Both the position numbers and the translations under genes were made by a program. Under the pieces are notes generated by a model. It did not search any database and was not told where the DNA came from. It worked only from the letters and a program-made list of their open reading frames with translations. A DNA stretch of 32,000 nucleotides, from assembly GCF_000011805.1 (NCBI RefSeq), contig NC_006840.2. One strand, 5' to 3'. Below, piece after piece: positions 18,991 to 28,363 of the stretch (within the stretch, counting starts at the first letter, position 1; each line of letters begins with the position of its first letter). This DNA comes from Aliivibrio fischeri ES114. GTDB taxonomy: Bacteria > Pseudomonadota > Gammaproteobacteria > Enterobacterales > Vibrionaceae.

Positions 18991-19194
18991 AAAAAAAAGC
19001 ACCGTATTAAACGGTGCTAACTAATCTTTTTTAACCATAGGTCAAAAACACAGGAAATATTGAGCATTGGTATCAATAAGTTGATATCAATGATCGGGCT
19101 CTAACAGTCGAGCCAATATGCAAACACAACATTGCAGTTTAGAGAGAGGGGAAAAATATTCAGGGAGGAATATATGTCTTACCTCTAAACTACG
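18991..19194 (-). ncRNA. gcvB: GcvB small regulatory RNA
   Basis: Divergent from gcvA as in enterobacteria. The minus strand contains a G/U-rich R1 (AAUGUUGUGUUUGCAUAUUGG; E. coli has UGUUGUGUUUGCAAUUGG), an R2-like UUUCCUGUGU, and a terminal terminator GCACCG-UUUAAUA-CGGUGC plus U8. Putative promoter is TTGTCG-17-TAATAT (-10 at 19206-19201). The 5' end is estimated to within a few nt. Confidence 0.85.
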
Positions 19195-19286
19195 GGGCTA
19201 ATATTAGGTTTTATCTGGTAGTTCGACAATGGACAAATTATAATACTTGGCATTAAAAAAACTAATGGTTCAAAATGTGAGTTCTT

Positions 19287-20195
19287 ATGTCTCGAAGATT
19301 ACCACCTTTAAATTCTTTACGTGTGTTTGAAGCGGCAGCCAGGCACTTAAGCTTCACGCGTGCAGCAGAAGAATTATTTGTTACACAAGCGGCAGTTAGC
19401 CACCAAATCAAAGCATTAGAAGAGTTTCTTGGTCTTAAACTTTTTCGACGCCGAAATCGCTCTTTGTTATTAACAGAAGAGGGACAGAGCTACTTTTTAG
19501 ACATTAAAGAAATCTTCTCTTCTTTATCTGAAGCAACAGATAAAGTATTGGAAAGAAGTGCCAAAGGGGCACTAACTATTAGTTTACCGCCAAGTTTTGC
19601 TATTCAATGGTTGGTACCAAGATTATCGGATTTTAATAATCAAGAACCAGATATTGATGTTCGTATTAAAGCCGTTGATATGGATGAAGGTTCATTAACC
19701 GAAGATGTGGATGTTGCTATCTATTATGGTCGAGGTAATTGGCCGGGTCTTCGAGTTGAACTGTTATATCAAGAACAGTTATTGCCATTATGTTCACCTC
19801 AAGTGCTACTGAATGAAAAGCCATTAGCGACCATTGATGATTTACGTTTCCATACGTTATTGCATGATACTTCTCGTAAAGACTGGAAGCAGTTTGTTAA
19901 GCATTACGAATTAGCTGGTATGAATGTAAACCAAGGACCTATTTTTAGTCACTCGACTATGGTGTTACAAGCTGCTGCTCACGGGCAAGGTATTGCGTTA
20001 GGTAATAACGTACTAGCTCAACCTGAATTAGATGCGGGTCGTTTGGTTGCCCCATTTGAAGAAGTATTAGTGAGTAAGAATGCTTTCTATCTTGTATGTA
20101 ATGAAAAACAGGCTGATACCGGTCGTATTGCAACGTTTAGAGAGTGGATTTTAAGTAAAGCTCGTAGCGAACAAGAGATTGTGGATGATGAATAG
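19287..20195 (+). CDS. gcvA: Glycine cleavage system transcriptional activator GcvA (LysR family)
   Basis: MSRRLPPLNSLRVFEAAARHLSFTRAAEELFVTQAAVSHQIK is near-identical in pattern to E. coli GcvA. 302 aa. Confidence 0.92.
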   Translation: MSRRLPPLNSLRVFEAAARHLSFTRAAEELFVTQAAVSHQIKALEEFLGLKLFRRRNRSLLLTEEGQSYFLDIKEIFSSLSEATDKVLERSAKGALTISLPPSFAIQWLVPRLSDFNNQEPDIDVRIKAVDMDEGSLTEDVDVAIYYGRGNWPGLRVELLYQEQLLPLCSPQVLLNEKPLATIDDLRFHTLLHDTSRKDWKQFVKHYELAGMNVNQGPIFSHSTMVLQAAAHGQGIALGNNVLAQPELDAGRLVAPFEEVLVSKNAFYLVCNEKQADTGRIATFREWILSKARSEQEIVDDE

Positions 20196-20574
20196 TCGTT
20201 TATGTTTATTGATTGCGAGTATTAGTGGAGCACTAACTGTTGGGCTAGGGGCATTTGGTGCTCATGGTTTAAAAGCGTTTTTATCTCCCTATCTACTTGA
20301 TGTATATGAAACTGCAGTGCAATATCAAATGTGGCATACCCTTGCGTTGTTTGGATGTGGAATTTTGTTGAGAAATTCATTTTCAAAAGGGGTATCATAC
20401 GCCGCCTTGTTATTTACCATTGGAATGCTATTTTTCAGTGGAAGTTTATATGCGTTAGTGTTCACCGGAATAAAATGGTTTGGTCCAATTACTCCATTAG
20501 GTGGATTCTGTTTTATTATCGGTTGGTTAACGCTGGCTGTTTCAACTTATCGTTTGACTGAGGTTTCAAAGTGA
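20188..20574 (+). CDS. ygdD: DUF423 inner-membrane protein YgdD
   Basis: [28 protein letters not shown] parallels E. coli YgdD (MTSRFMLIFAAISGFIFVALGAFGAHVL). ATG 20188 overlaps the gcvA stop (ATGAATAG). Confidence 0.8.
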
Positions 20575-21662
20575 AACAAGTAATGTTCTATTGTCGCTCT
20601 GGTTTTGAAAAAGAGTGTGCAGGTGAGATCCAAGATAAAGCCACTCAACTAGAAGTGTTTGGTTTTCCTCGCCTAAAAAATAATACAGGCTATGTGCTAT
20701 TTGAATGCTATCAGGAAGGCGATGCAGACCGTTTAATCCGTGAGATTAAATTTAATGAGCTAATTTTTGCTCGTCAAATGTTTGCGGTTGCAGCTGAAGT
20801 TAGTGATCTACCTAAAGATGACCGTATTTCGCCGATTCTAGATGCATTATCTGATGTTGATGGTGTGCCTTGTTGTGGTGATATTCGTATTGAAACGCCA
20901 GATACGAATGAAGCAAAAGAACTATTAAAATTCTGCCGTAAGTTTACAGTTCCAATGCGTCAGGCTTTACGTGGTAAAAAAATGCTGACAGAAAGAGATT
21001 CAAACCGAATCCCTGTTTTGCATATTTGTTTCATTGCTCCGGGTCATTGTTATGTTGGGTACTCTTACACAAACAATAACTCTCAATTCTTCATGGGTAT
21101 TCCTCGTTTGAAATTCCCAGCAGATGCACCAAGTCGTTCTACATTGAAATTGGAAGAAGCGTTTCACGTATTTATTCCAAAAGAAGAGTGGGATGATCGT
21201 TTAGCATCAGGCATGTGGGGGGTTGATTTAGGTGCGTGTCCTGGTGGCTGGACTTATCAATTGGTTAAGCGTTCTATGTTTGTTCATGCGATTGATAATG
21301 GCATGATGGCTCAAAGCTTAATGGATACAGGCCAAGTGAAACACCACATGGTTGATGGTTTTAAATTTGAGCCACCAAGAAAGAACGTAACATGGTTAAT
21401 TTGTGACATGGTTGAGAAACCAGCTCGTGTTGCACACCTTATGGGTGAATGGCTAATTAAAGGTTGGGCAAAAGAAGCGTTATTTAACCTTAAATTACCA
21501 ATGAAAGGTCGTTACGATGAGGTTCTTCAAGATATTGAAAACCTAAAAGATTTCTTGAAGAAAAACGGTTTCCAATACAAGCTTCAAGCTAAGCATTTGT
21601 ATCATGACCGTGAAGAAATCACTGTTCATATCCAAGCGATTTCAAACATTTCTCCACATTAA
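20571..21662 (+). CDS. rlmM: 23S rRNA (cytidine2498-2'-O)-methyltransferase RlmM
   Basis: GTG start overlapping the ygdD stop (GTGA). [39 protein letters not shown] and [10 protein letters not shown] all parallel E. coli RlmM. Confidence 0.92.
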
Positions 21663-21707
21663 TATTTCGTTATATAAATATTGATGTAATCCAAATTATT
21701 GAGAAAT

Positions 21708-21748
21708 AAAAAACGCCCGCTGATGTTGATAATCAGCGGGCGTTTTTA
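21708..21748. terminator. Bidirectional rho-independent terminator (rlmM / xni)
   Basis: aaaaaa-cgcccgctgat-gttgata-atcagcgggcg-ttttt: an 11-bp GC-rich stem with A/T runs on both sides. Confidence 0.8.
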
Positions 21749-21910
21749 TTTATCTTCAACAATGGTTATTCGGTGTTGAGATTATTTAGGTGCGATGTTG
21801 AATATGGTGTGCTTTGGCGCAAAAAAAACTGTTTGTCATCGTTCTGATAACCACATCAAACATAGCCATCTTTCTTTTGCAGAAAAGCACACTATATTCA
21901 TGATACTTGG

Positions 21911-21938
21911 TAGTCCCTAGTCCCTAGTCCCTAGTCCC
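21911..21938. repeat. Tandem heptamer (TAGTCCC)x4, equal to (GGGACTA)x4 on the xni coding strand
   Basis: Four perfect head-to-tail copies, counted directly. They encode the last xni codons and its TAG stop (AAA GGG ACT AGG GAC TAG). Confidence 0.95.
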
Positions 21939-22703
21939 TTTCTCATATCGTATATCCTGCAAATTAAACCCAAGCTCAATATCTGTTCTTAACCCCGCAA
22001 CCTGACGACATAAAATAGCAGTTTCATAATGCTCATCAAATTTCTTACGGTATTTTTTAGGTAGATCTTCAGACTCGTTTGCGGCCTCAATCGTTGGGAA
22101 TTGAGTTAGAATTTCTAACGCTGCTTTTGGGCCGACCCCCGGAATACCAGTGATTTTACTTGAACTGATCCCTGCTAATCCCCAGTAATCAGCCAATTGT
22201 TCAGGCTTTAAACCAAACTCTTTTTCTACAAAAGGAGCATCTAACCAGCGATGTTGAAAATAATCTCGAATACGTAAAGTAGGAGAGAGTAACTGACAGT
22301 AGCCTTTATCGGTAGAAATGATCGTAACTTGCTCATTATGCATCGCTACTTTATTGGCTAGGGTGGCAACTAAGTCATCCGCTTCATCGCCATCAGAAAG
22401 TAGCGAATCAATACCTAACTTCCACCATGCTTCTTGGATATCATCCATGCCTTTCTGTAATGCTTCAGGCATGGGTTTTCTGTCCTCTTTATACTGAGGA
22501 AGAATTTCTGCACGCCATCCTCGATCTTGAAGATGATGATCAAATACCGCAATGATATGAGTTGGCTCTGTTTCTTTTAATATTTTATTAATAGTACGAG
22601 TGGTGGTGGTGATAACCGCTTGGATATCATCTTGGTTAGGTTGAGCTGAGTGAACGCGACGAATAAGATTAAGAGCGTCAATAATAACCAGATGAATTGC
22701 CAT
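21924..22703 (-). CDS. xni: Flap endonuclease Xni (ExoIX, YgdG)
   Basis: MAIHLVIIDALNLIRRVH aligns with E. coli Xni MAVHLLIVDALNLIRRIH. TDKGYCQLLSPTLRIRDYF and GISSSKITGIPGVGPK are conserved. The upstream extension in the ORF track (to 22748) runs through the ppnN terminator and is rejected. Confidence 0.9.
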   Translation of the reverse strand: MAIHLVIIDALNLIRRVHSAQPNQDDIQAVITTTTRTINKILKETEPTHIIAVFDHHLQDRGWRAEILPQYKEDRKPMPEALQKGMDDIQEAWWKLGIDSLLSDGDEADDLVATLANKVAMHNEQVTIISTDKGYCQLLSPTLRIRDYFQHRWLDAPFVEKEFGLKPEQLADYWGLAGISSSKITGIPGVGPKAALEILTQFPTIEAANESEDLPKKYRKKFDEHYETAILCRQVAGLRTDIELGFNLQDIRYEKGTRD

Positions 22704-22724
22704 AACGTATTCATTCCTATCTAT

Positions 22725-22761
22725 AAAAAAAGAAAAAAGCCTACGCATTCTGCATAGGCTT
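22725..22761 (-). terminator. ppnN rho-independent terminator
   Basis: The minus strand reads aagcctatgcagaatgcgtaggctt (10-bp stem, one mismatch) followed by ttttttcttttttt. It lies 37 nt after the ppnN stop. Confidence 0.6.
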
Positions 22762-22797
22762 ATTATTGTACGTTAGTGAAGGTGAAAAATTCCAGCC

Positions 22798-24156
22798 TTA
22801 ATCCATAACGATTTTATAGCAAGGCTCGTACTTAGAACCCGGTAACTTCATTCGACCTTGTTTTACAAAGTCTTGAAGTAAACGATCCATCTTTTTCATT
22901 AAGGCAGGATCACCATGCAGTTTAAAGACACCGTGCTTTTCGATCTCTGCAATACCTTCGGCTTTCACATTACCAGATACAATTCCTGAGAATGCTTGAC
23001 GTAAGTTGGCAGCTAATGTTTCTTTAGGCTGATTTAAATGTAAATCTAAAGCTGACATCGCTTCATGGGTTGGTTCAAATGGTAATTGGAATTCAGGCTC
23101 AATTTTTAGTGCCCAGTTAAAGCTATAAGAGTCATCCGTTGCTTTACGGTATTCTTTTACCTTCTTAATACCATGATTAATGAAAACCGCTGCTTTAGCT
23201 GGGTCGCCAATAACAATATCATAATAGTGAGTAGCTTCTTCGCCTAAGGTATCGCGAATAAAGGTATCAATAGAGCGGAAATAAGCCTCACTCTCTTTTG
23301 GACCAGTAAGAACGATAGGCATAGGCTGCTGTCTATTCGCAGGGTTCATCATGATCCCTAAGATATAAAGCAACTCTTCTGCCGTTCCTGGGCCTCCAGG
23401 GAAAATAACAATACCATGAGCCATACGTACAAACGCTTCTAAACGTTTTTCAATATCAGGCATAATGATAAGTTCATTTACGATAGGGTTTGGTGGCTCT
23501 GCCGCAATGATTGATGGCTCGGTTAGACCAACAAATCGACTATCGTTATAACGTTGTTTCGCATGACCAATAGCAGCTCCTTTCATTGGGCCTTCCATTG
23601 CTCCGGGACCACAACCAGTACAAATATTTAATTCACGTAAACCTAGTTCATGACCGACTTCACGAGTGTATTGATATTCGACAGGATTAATTGAATGTCC
23701 GCCCCAACATACGACTAAGTTAGGCTCAATACCGGTATGCAAGGCTTTTGCATTACGCAAGATACTAAATACTAAGTTAGTTAGGTGAGTAGCTTTGGTG
23801 AGGTTTAGTCTATTGTGATCAGCGATTTGCATGTTCACGTAAACCATGTCACGTAAAACAGAAAACAGATGTTCTTGAATACCTTTAATGATAGTCCCAT
23901 CAACGAATGCGTGCTCTGGTGGGTTATTTAATTCAAGTTTAATTCCGCGATCTCGGCGCGTAACGGCAACATCAAATGACTGATATTTATCTAATAATTC
24001 TTTCGAGCTATCAGTATGACTTCCTGAATTTAATACCGCTAATGTACAGTTTCGATACATACGGTAAAGTTCACTTGAAGCGGTTTTTTTTAACTGATCA
24101 ACTTCTAATTGTGATAGCAAATCCATGCTACCTGCAGGGCTTATATGAGTAATCAT
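22798..24156 (-). CDS. ppnN: Pyrimidine/purine nucleotide 5'-monophosphate nucleosidase PpnN (YgdH, LOG family)
   Basis: [24 protein letters not shown]..., [25 protein letters not shown] and [10 protein letters not shown] are near-collinear with E. coli PpnN. Confidence 0.92.
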   Translation of the reverse strand: MITHISPAGSMDLLSQLEVDQLKKTASSELYRMYRNCTLAVLNSGSHTDSSKELLDKYQSFDVAVTRRDRGIKLELNNPPEHAFVDGTIIKGIQEHLFSVLRDMVYVNMQIADHNRLNLTKATHLTNLVFSILRNAKALHTGIEPNLVVCWGGHSINPVEYQYTREVGHELGLRELNICTGCGPGAMEGPMKGAAIGHAKQRYNDSRFVGLTEPSIIAAEPPNPIVNELIIMPDIEKRLEAFVRMAHGIVIFPGGPGTAEELLYILGIMMNPANRQQPMPIVLTGPKESEAYFRSIDTFIRDTLGEEATHYYDIVIGDPAKAAVFINHGIKKVKEYRKATDDSYSFNWALKIEPEFQLPFEPTHEAMSALDLHLNQPKETLAANLRQAFSGIVSGNVKAEGIAEIEKHGVFKLHGDPALMKKMDRLLQDFVKQGRMKLPGSKYEPCYKIVMD

Positions 24157-24307
24157 ATTATGCCTCCCTTGCGTATTTTTATTATTGTTCGAATAATAAA
24201 CTTACACAGCAAAAGAGACTTTTGCTAGGAAAATTGTAAAAAACTGAGAGGGTTATAATGCTATTTGGTATTTAGTTATCAGTAAAAAAACGAAATTCTA
24301 ATGATAA

Positions 24308-25870
24308 CTACGCACTAATGAGTTGCTCAATGCCTTTTGTTTTTTGCTTGTATAACGCTTGTATTGAACGTTCAATAACTTTCTCAGGTATATCACTGTT
24401 TGTGAACTCTGAGCTGCAAATTGAAACCGTGATTTTTACATGGTTATCTTTGAATTTGAATGGCAGTTTCGCAATCGCCGATTGGATATTGGCTAATACC
24501 TTCTTTCTTTCATCTTCAGTGGTTTCAGTAAATAAAATTAAAAATTCTTCGCCACTAAAACGAGCAACAAAATTAGTATCTGATACTTGGTTTTCAATGG
24601 TTTTTGCGATAATGCTAAGCGCTTTATCTCCAGCCAAATGACCGTAATTTTTATTAATACGTTTGAACTGATCGATGTCGATGATACTAAGCACTAAAGA
24701 GTGTTGATGGCGTACCCAGCGTTTATATTCTAAATCGAGACGTTCGTGCATTGCTGCCCGATTATAAACTTTGGTTAGTGGATCTTTGAAAATTCGTTGT
24801 TGCTGGTTATTAAGCTGACGGCGATACTCTAGAGTTTCTTCATAAAGCGTATTGAGCTTTTTGGTTGCATATTCGTGTCGCTCAATTAATGCTGCTTCAC
24901 GCTCTTGCATTGCTTTATTACGTTCAGATAAATCACTCATTTCACTGAGTAGTAGAGCCATTTGAGCTTTATGCTCTTGCATGCTTACTTTACTATTTAA
25001 TAAGTTCTCAGCTTGCTTTACTAGCAGGGAGTATTCTTCATTTAATAGGGATCTTTGTTCTAAATAAGCCTGGCTTTTTTCTTGATTTTGTTCACTTGTT
25101 TTTATGATTTGAGCAACTTGTGTATTCATTTCACCAACAAACGCTTGTGATGCTTTACGTTCATTGTTTGTGCCTTCCAATACTAACTTTAAGGTTTGAA
25201 GTGCAAGATCAATTAAAGATACAGCATCGACACCTGTCAGTAGTTTATTGCGGATCTCAAGTAAGTCTTTTCCTGAAGTACTGTCAAAATCTAATTCAGA
25301 GATTAAATGTTGTAGTTCATTACTTAATTGTTCTTGGGTATCGACATCAATAATTTCATTGGAATTGATTTCAGATGATAACTGACCTACTGAAATGAAT
25401 TTGATCGCTCGCTCATAGAGTTCAATAAGTCGAACAATACGATGAATGTGTTTACTACCATCGTGAGAAGGGTGTTGTAATAAGTTACGAAGGTCTCTTT
25501 TAAGTCCGGCAGGTAAGCCAATGACTCGTTGTAACGTTTCACCACAATAAGAAATATGATCTTCCATCATTGAATGCTCTTTTTGAACATTCTGCTTATA
25601 TCTATTAATTAAGCGTTCAAAAGTAGCAATACGAACCGTAAGGTCTGATGTATTCTCAACTTGTTCAATGCTGGTAGCAAGTTCAACAATCTCTTTATCT
25701 AGTTCACTATCATGATGTTTACACGCAGCACAAAAACGCAAAATAATACGCTTTAATAGCATTATTTCACGACGTGATTTTAACGTAGTGTCTCGGTGTG
25801 ATAGGCGCGTTTGATCTAGCTGTTGCTTAAGCTGGTTTAATTCAGAGGCAACAATGGATACTTCAATCAT
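24308..25870 (-). CDS. Cytoplasmic diguanylate cyclase: about 340-aa coiled-coil-rich N-region plus a GGDEF domain with an SGEEF active-site variant
   Basis: C-terminal DPLTKVYNR...IDIDQFKRINKNYGHLAGD...RFSGEEF (SGEEF codons at 24542-24556). No TM segments. No RxxD I-site five residues upstream of the motif. Confidence 0.85.
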   Translation of the reverse strand: MIEVSIVASELNQLKQQLDQTRLSHRDTTLKSRREIMLLKRIILRFCAACKHHDSELDKEIVELATSIEQVENTSDLTVRIATFERLINRYKQNVQKEHSMMEDHISYCGETLQRVIGLPAGLKRDLRNLLQHPSHDGSKHIHRIVRLIELYERAIKFISVGQLSSEINSNEIIDVDTQEQLSNELQHLISELDFDSTSGKDLLEIRNKLLTGVDAVSLIDLALQTLKLVLEGTNNERKASQAFVGEMNTQVAQIIKTSEQNQEKSQAYLEQRSLLNEEYSLLVKQAENLLNSKVSMQEHKAQMALLLSEMSDLSERNKAMQEREAALIERHEYATKKLNTLYEETLEYRRQLNNQQQRIFKDPLTKVYNRAAMHERLDLEYKRWVRHQHSLVLSIIDIDQFKRINKNYGHLAGDKALSIIAKTIENQVSDTNFVARFSGEEFLILFTETTEDERKKVLANIQSAIAKLPFKFKDNHVKITVSICSSEFTNSDIPEKVIERSIQALYKQKTKGIEQLISA

Positions 25871-26045
25871 AATAACTTAGGTAAAAACTCACATTGATAG
25901 ATAGCGGTAACCTATAAATAGGTCAATATTTTCATAGTAACAAAGATATTAGTAACTGACTAAAATAAAGTATCAAATTTGTTTAATTGATAATCATTAC
26001 TATACCGTTAATGTTAATTTTGTGATGCATTATTCATTTTTGTTG

Positions 26046-28265
26046 CTAATTTCTTGATGTTATTACCTTTATTAAGCCTTGGTTAATCGCTTGTTCACAA
26101 GCTAAGCGTATATTATTACTTGCAAAACTTGCGGCTGGTGCATTATCTATCGCTCGATAGTTTACCCATTGGCTGCTTGATAGTTCTTCACTCAAATGTT
26201 GAGCTGCATTAGTTGCCATTAATAGAATATCAATTAATTCTCTATCATTAATTGCAGTGTAGGCCCGTGGTAAAAATGGGTATTCAACCATTCCTATATT
26301 AACAGTTTTATCAGTTAAAATATTCGAATCGAAATTATTTATCCAACTTTGAACGGTTTCAGCCATTTCTTGAACACTACAGGTTGAGTCCGATTTATGC
26401 TCGATATAGAGAAAACTGGCATCTGAAAAATGATAAATACGGCTCGGAGAAGTCACTACAGAAGATAAGTAATCCCCAAAGGCTTTTTCAATTGATAAGC
26501 CTTCTTGGTAGCCATGAGTTAGATATAGCTCTTGTAACATAGGAATATGGAATAGCGTAAATCTCAATCTATCACTTAGTGGTTCATTGATTAATTCACC
26601 TAAATGCCATTGTTCAATATTAGAGCTACTTTGTTGTAGTGATGATGGTAATCTTTCTGTTAGCAGACGTAAGTTACGTAATCCACTGCGAGGGTGGGTG
26701 TAATATTTATTTAGTAACAGATGGAGACGTTTTTTCAAGAAACGATTCACTTGCTGTTTTCTAAATGCATAAATTGAAATGATAGTTAGTAATGCAACTA
26801 AAAATCCTGCAATCTTTTGAATTTTAAGCGTTTGTAAATGATTTTCTTTTAATTGAGCTTCTAACCCTTGGTAATGCAGAGATTGTTCAATAATGCTTTT
26901 TTGTTGTCTAAATACTTCTTCATTGATTTCGTTTTGAACCGCTTGAATAGACGAGTTCAGTGTTTCGTATTCACGCTGGGCTTTTAATGCCGCTTCAAAT
27001 AATCCCATTTTTTCATAGGTTTCAGAAAGTAATTTTTGAGACTGTAATTTGAGCGGTTTATCATTGTCTTTTTTGCTATACACAATCGCGGTCTGAATAT
27101 CATTAATAGCCAGATCCGGTTTATTGTTTATTAGGTTAAGTTTTGCTTGTAGAAGAGCCGCTCTTGCTTTTTGCTTTGGTAGTTTTACGTATTCATTAAG
27201 GTTGTTGGCTTGTTTTAAGTAATGCTCACTTAATGCGTAGTTGTAGAGTAAGAAATAAGTATTTGCGATATCTAATCGTAATGAGATTAATTTATTAACG
27301 TTATTTTTTTCTTTCTCTTGATCCAGAGCGTTAAAGTACTGCACTAGCGCTAAGTTGAATCGACCTTGCTTAAGGTGTATCTGAGCGATTAGGGTTAAAA
27401 CGTTAGATAGTTGTTCGCTGTTATTGTAACGCCCGTAAAATTCGGCTGATTGCGAGGCGTGTTCAAGCGCTTTATCCAGTACCTTTCTTTGGAAAAAAAG
27501 CTCACCTAATAAGAAGTTAGCTCGAGCTAGTTGACCACTTTGATCTGCTTCAATTGATTGCCAGTAAGCACTTAATAATTCTGTTAATGCTTGATCAAAT
27601 TGTTTGTTCTTTAAAAAGTGTCGACCATAGGAAATATGATAGAAAATGAGGCTGCTTGGATCTTTTAGTTTTGCCCCATGAGTCATTGCTTGTTTGTAAT
27701 ATTTTTGTGCTTTACTGTTATTTCCTTGCTCAGACTCAACTTCAGCATGAATTAACGCAAAACCAAAATACAGTTTGTCGTGAATGCCAATGGTATTGCC
27801 TGTTTCAAGTAACTCTTGCTCAATAATGGCTAAAATACTATTTGTTTCATCTACATCTTTGGTTAAATTCCACCATAAATAAGCATAGATTAATTTAGAT
27901 TCTAAATAGCCTGACTTTAATTGAAAGTCTTTAGCTAGAGATATCGCTTCTTTGATGGCTTCAATCGCTTCTCTATTTTTATTTAATCTTTTATTAGCGA
28001 GTGCTTTGATTTGAAATGCTTCAACAGTACTTATTGGTGTTCTGATGGTACGTTCAGAATCATTGTTAATTGGAATTTGATTGGGATTTTGACCTGGCGA
28101 GATTTGTCTTTGCTCAAGATATTGGTTAACGATTCTAAGTGATTGCGCAGGTTTGGTATCTAAAAGTTGATAAGCATCATTTAGAATTGGGGCTGAGAAA
28201 AATTTAGCCCATGCAGAAAGTGGGAAAAACACAAAAATAAAAAGAAGACACTGACGGAAAGACAT
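26046..28265 (-). CDS. Signal peptide - periplasmic TPR repeats - TM helix - degenerate GGDEF-like cytoplasmic domain protein
   Basis: MSFRQCLLFIFVFFPLSAWA|K looks like a signal peptide, so the start is placed at ATG 28265 (ORF track: 28292). Repeated TPR-like A/Y/L patterns. TM is IAGFLVALLTIISIYAF. The C-terminus aligns to GGDEF landmarks with the catalytic motifs lost (HPRSGLRNLR for DxLTGLxNRR; HFSDASF for RxGGDEF). Confidence 0.7.
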   Translation of the reverse strand: MSFRQCLLFIFVFFPLSAWAKFFSAPILNDAYQLLDTKPAQSLRIVNQYLEQRQISPGQNPNQIPINNDSERTIRTPISTVEAFQIKALANKRLNKNREAIEAIKEAISLAKDFQLKSGYLESKLIYAYLWWNLTKDVDETNSILAIIEQELLETGNTIGIHDKLYFGFALIHAEVESEQGNNSKAQKYYKQAMTHGAKLKDPSSLIFYHISYGRHFLKNKQFDQALTELLSAYWQSIEADQSGQLARANFLLGELFFQRKVLDKALEHASQSAEFYGRYNNSEQLSNVLTLIAQIHLKQGRFNLALVQYFNALDQEKEKNNVNKLISLRLDIANTYFLLYNYALSEHYLKQANNLNEYVKLPKQKARAALLQAKLNLINNKPDLAINDIQTAIVYSKKDNDKPLKLQSQKLLSETYEKMGLFEAALKAQREYETLNSSIQAVQNEINEEVFRQQKSIIEQSLHYQGLEAQLKENHLQTLKIQKIAGFLVALLTIISIYAFRKQQVNRFLKKRLHLLLNKYYTHPRSGLRNLRLLTERLPSSLQQSSSNIEQWHLGELINEPLSDRLRFTLFHIPMLQELYLTHGYQEGLSIEKAFGDYLSSVVTSPSRIYHFSDASFLYIEHKSDSTCSVQEMAETVQSWINNFDSNILTDKTVNIGMVEYPFLPRAYTAINDRELIDILLMATNAAQHLSEELSSSQWVNYRAIDNAPAASFASNNIRLACEQAINQGLIKVITSRN

Positions 28266-28315
28266 GTAAAGGATCCACAAAAAAACAACCATTACATACT
28301 ATCGTTGTGAGGGGA

Positions 28316-28348
28316 TTTGTCTACAAAGAAACGTTCTTTGTAGACAAA
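28316..28348. terminator. Perfect 15-bp inverted repeat downstream of queF and upstream of the TPR gene
   Basis: tttgtctacaaagaa-acg-ttctttgtagacaaa. No clear U-tract on the minus strand, so it could equally be an operator. Confidence 0.45.
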
Positions 28349-28363
28349 ATTAATCAAAATGTC

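Noticed and set aside
21749-21910. Long xni 3' UTR with distant complementary segments (gtgtgctttg ... aaagcacac), considered as a possible sRNA
   Set aside because: The pairing arms are short and about 70 nt apart. There is no promoter-like element or dedicated terminator other than the shared rlmM/xni terminator. It cannot be supported from sequence alone.
26046-26110. The C-terminal tail of the TPR/GGDEF-like protein (IRLACEQAINQGLIKV) looks like the first helix of an EAL domain, suggesting a truncated GGDEF-EAL protein
   Set aside because: The match is very short. The 175 nt downstream is AT-rich with no EAL-like reading frame in any phase. Evidence for a pseudogenised EAL domain is insufficient.
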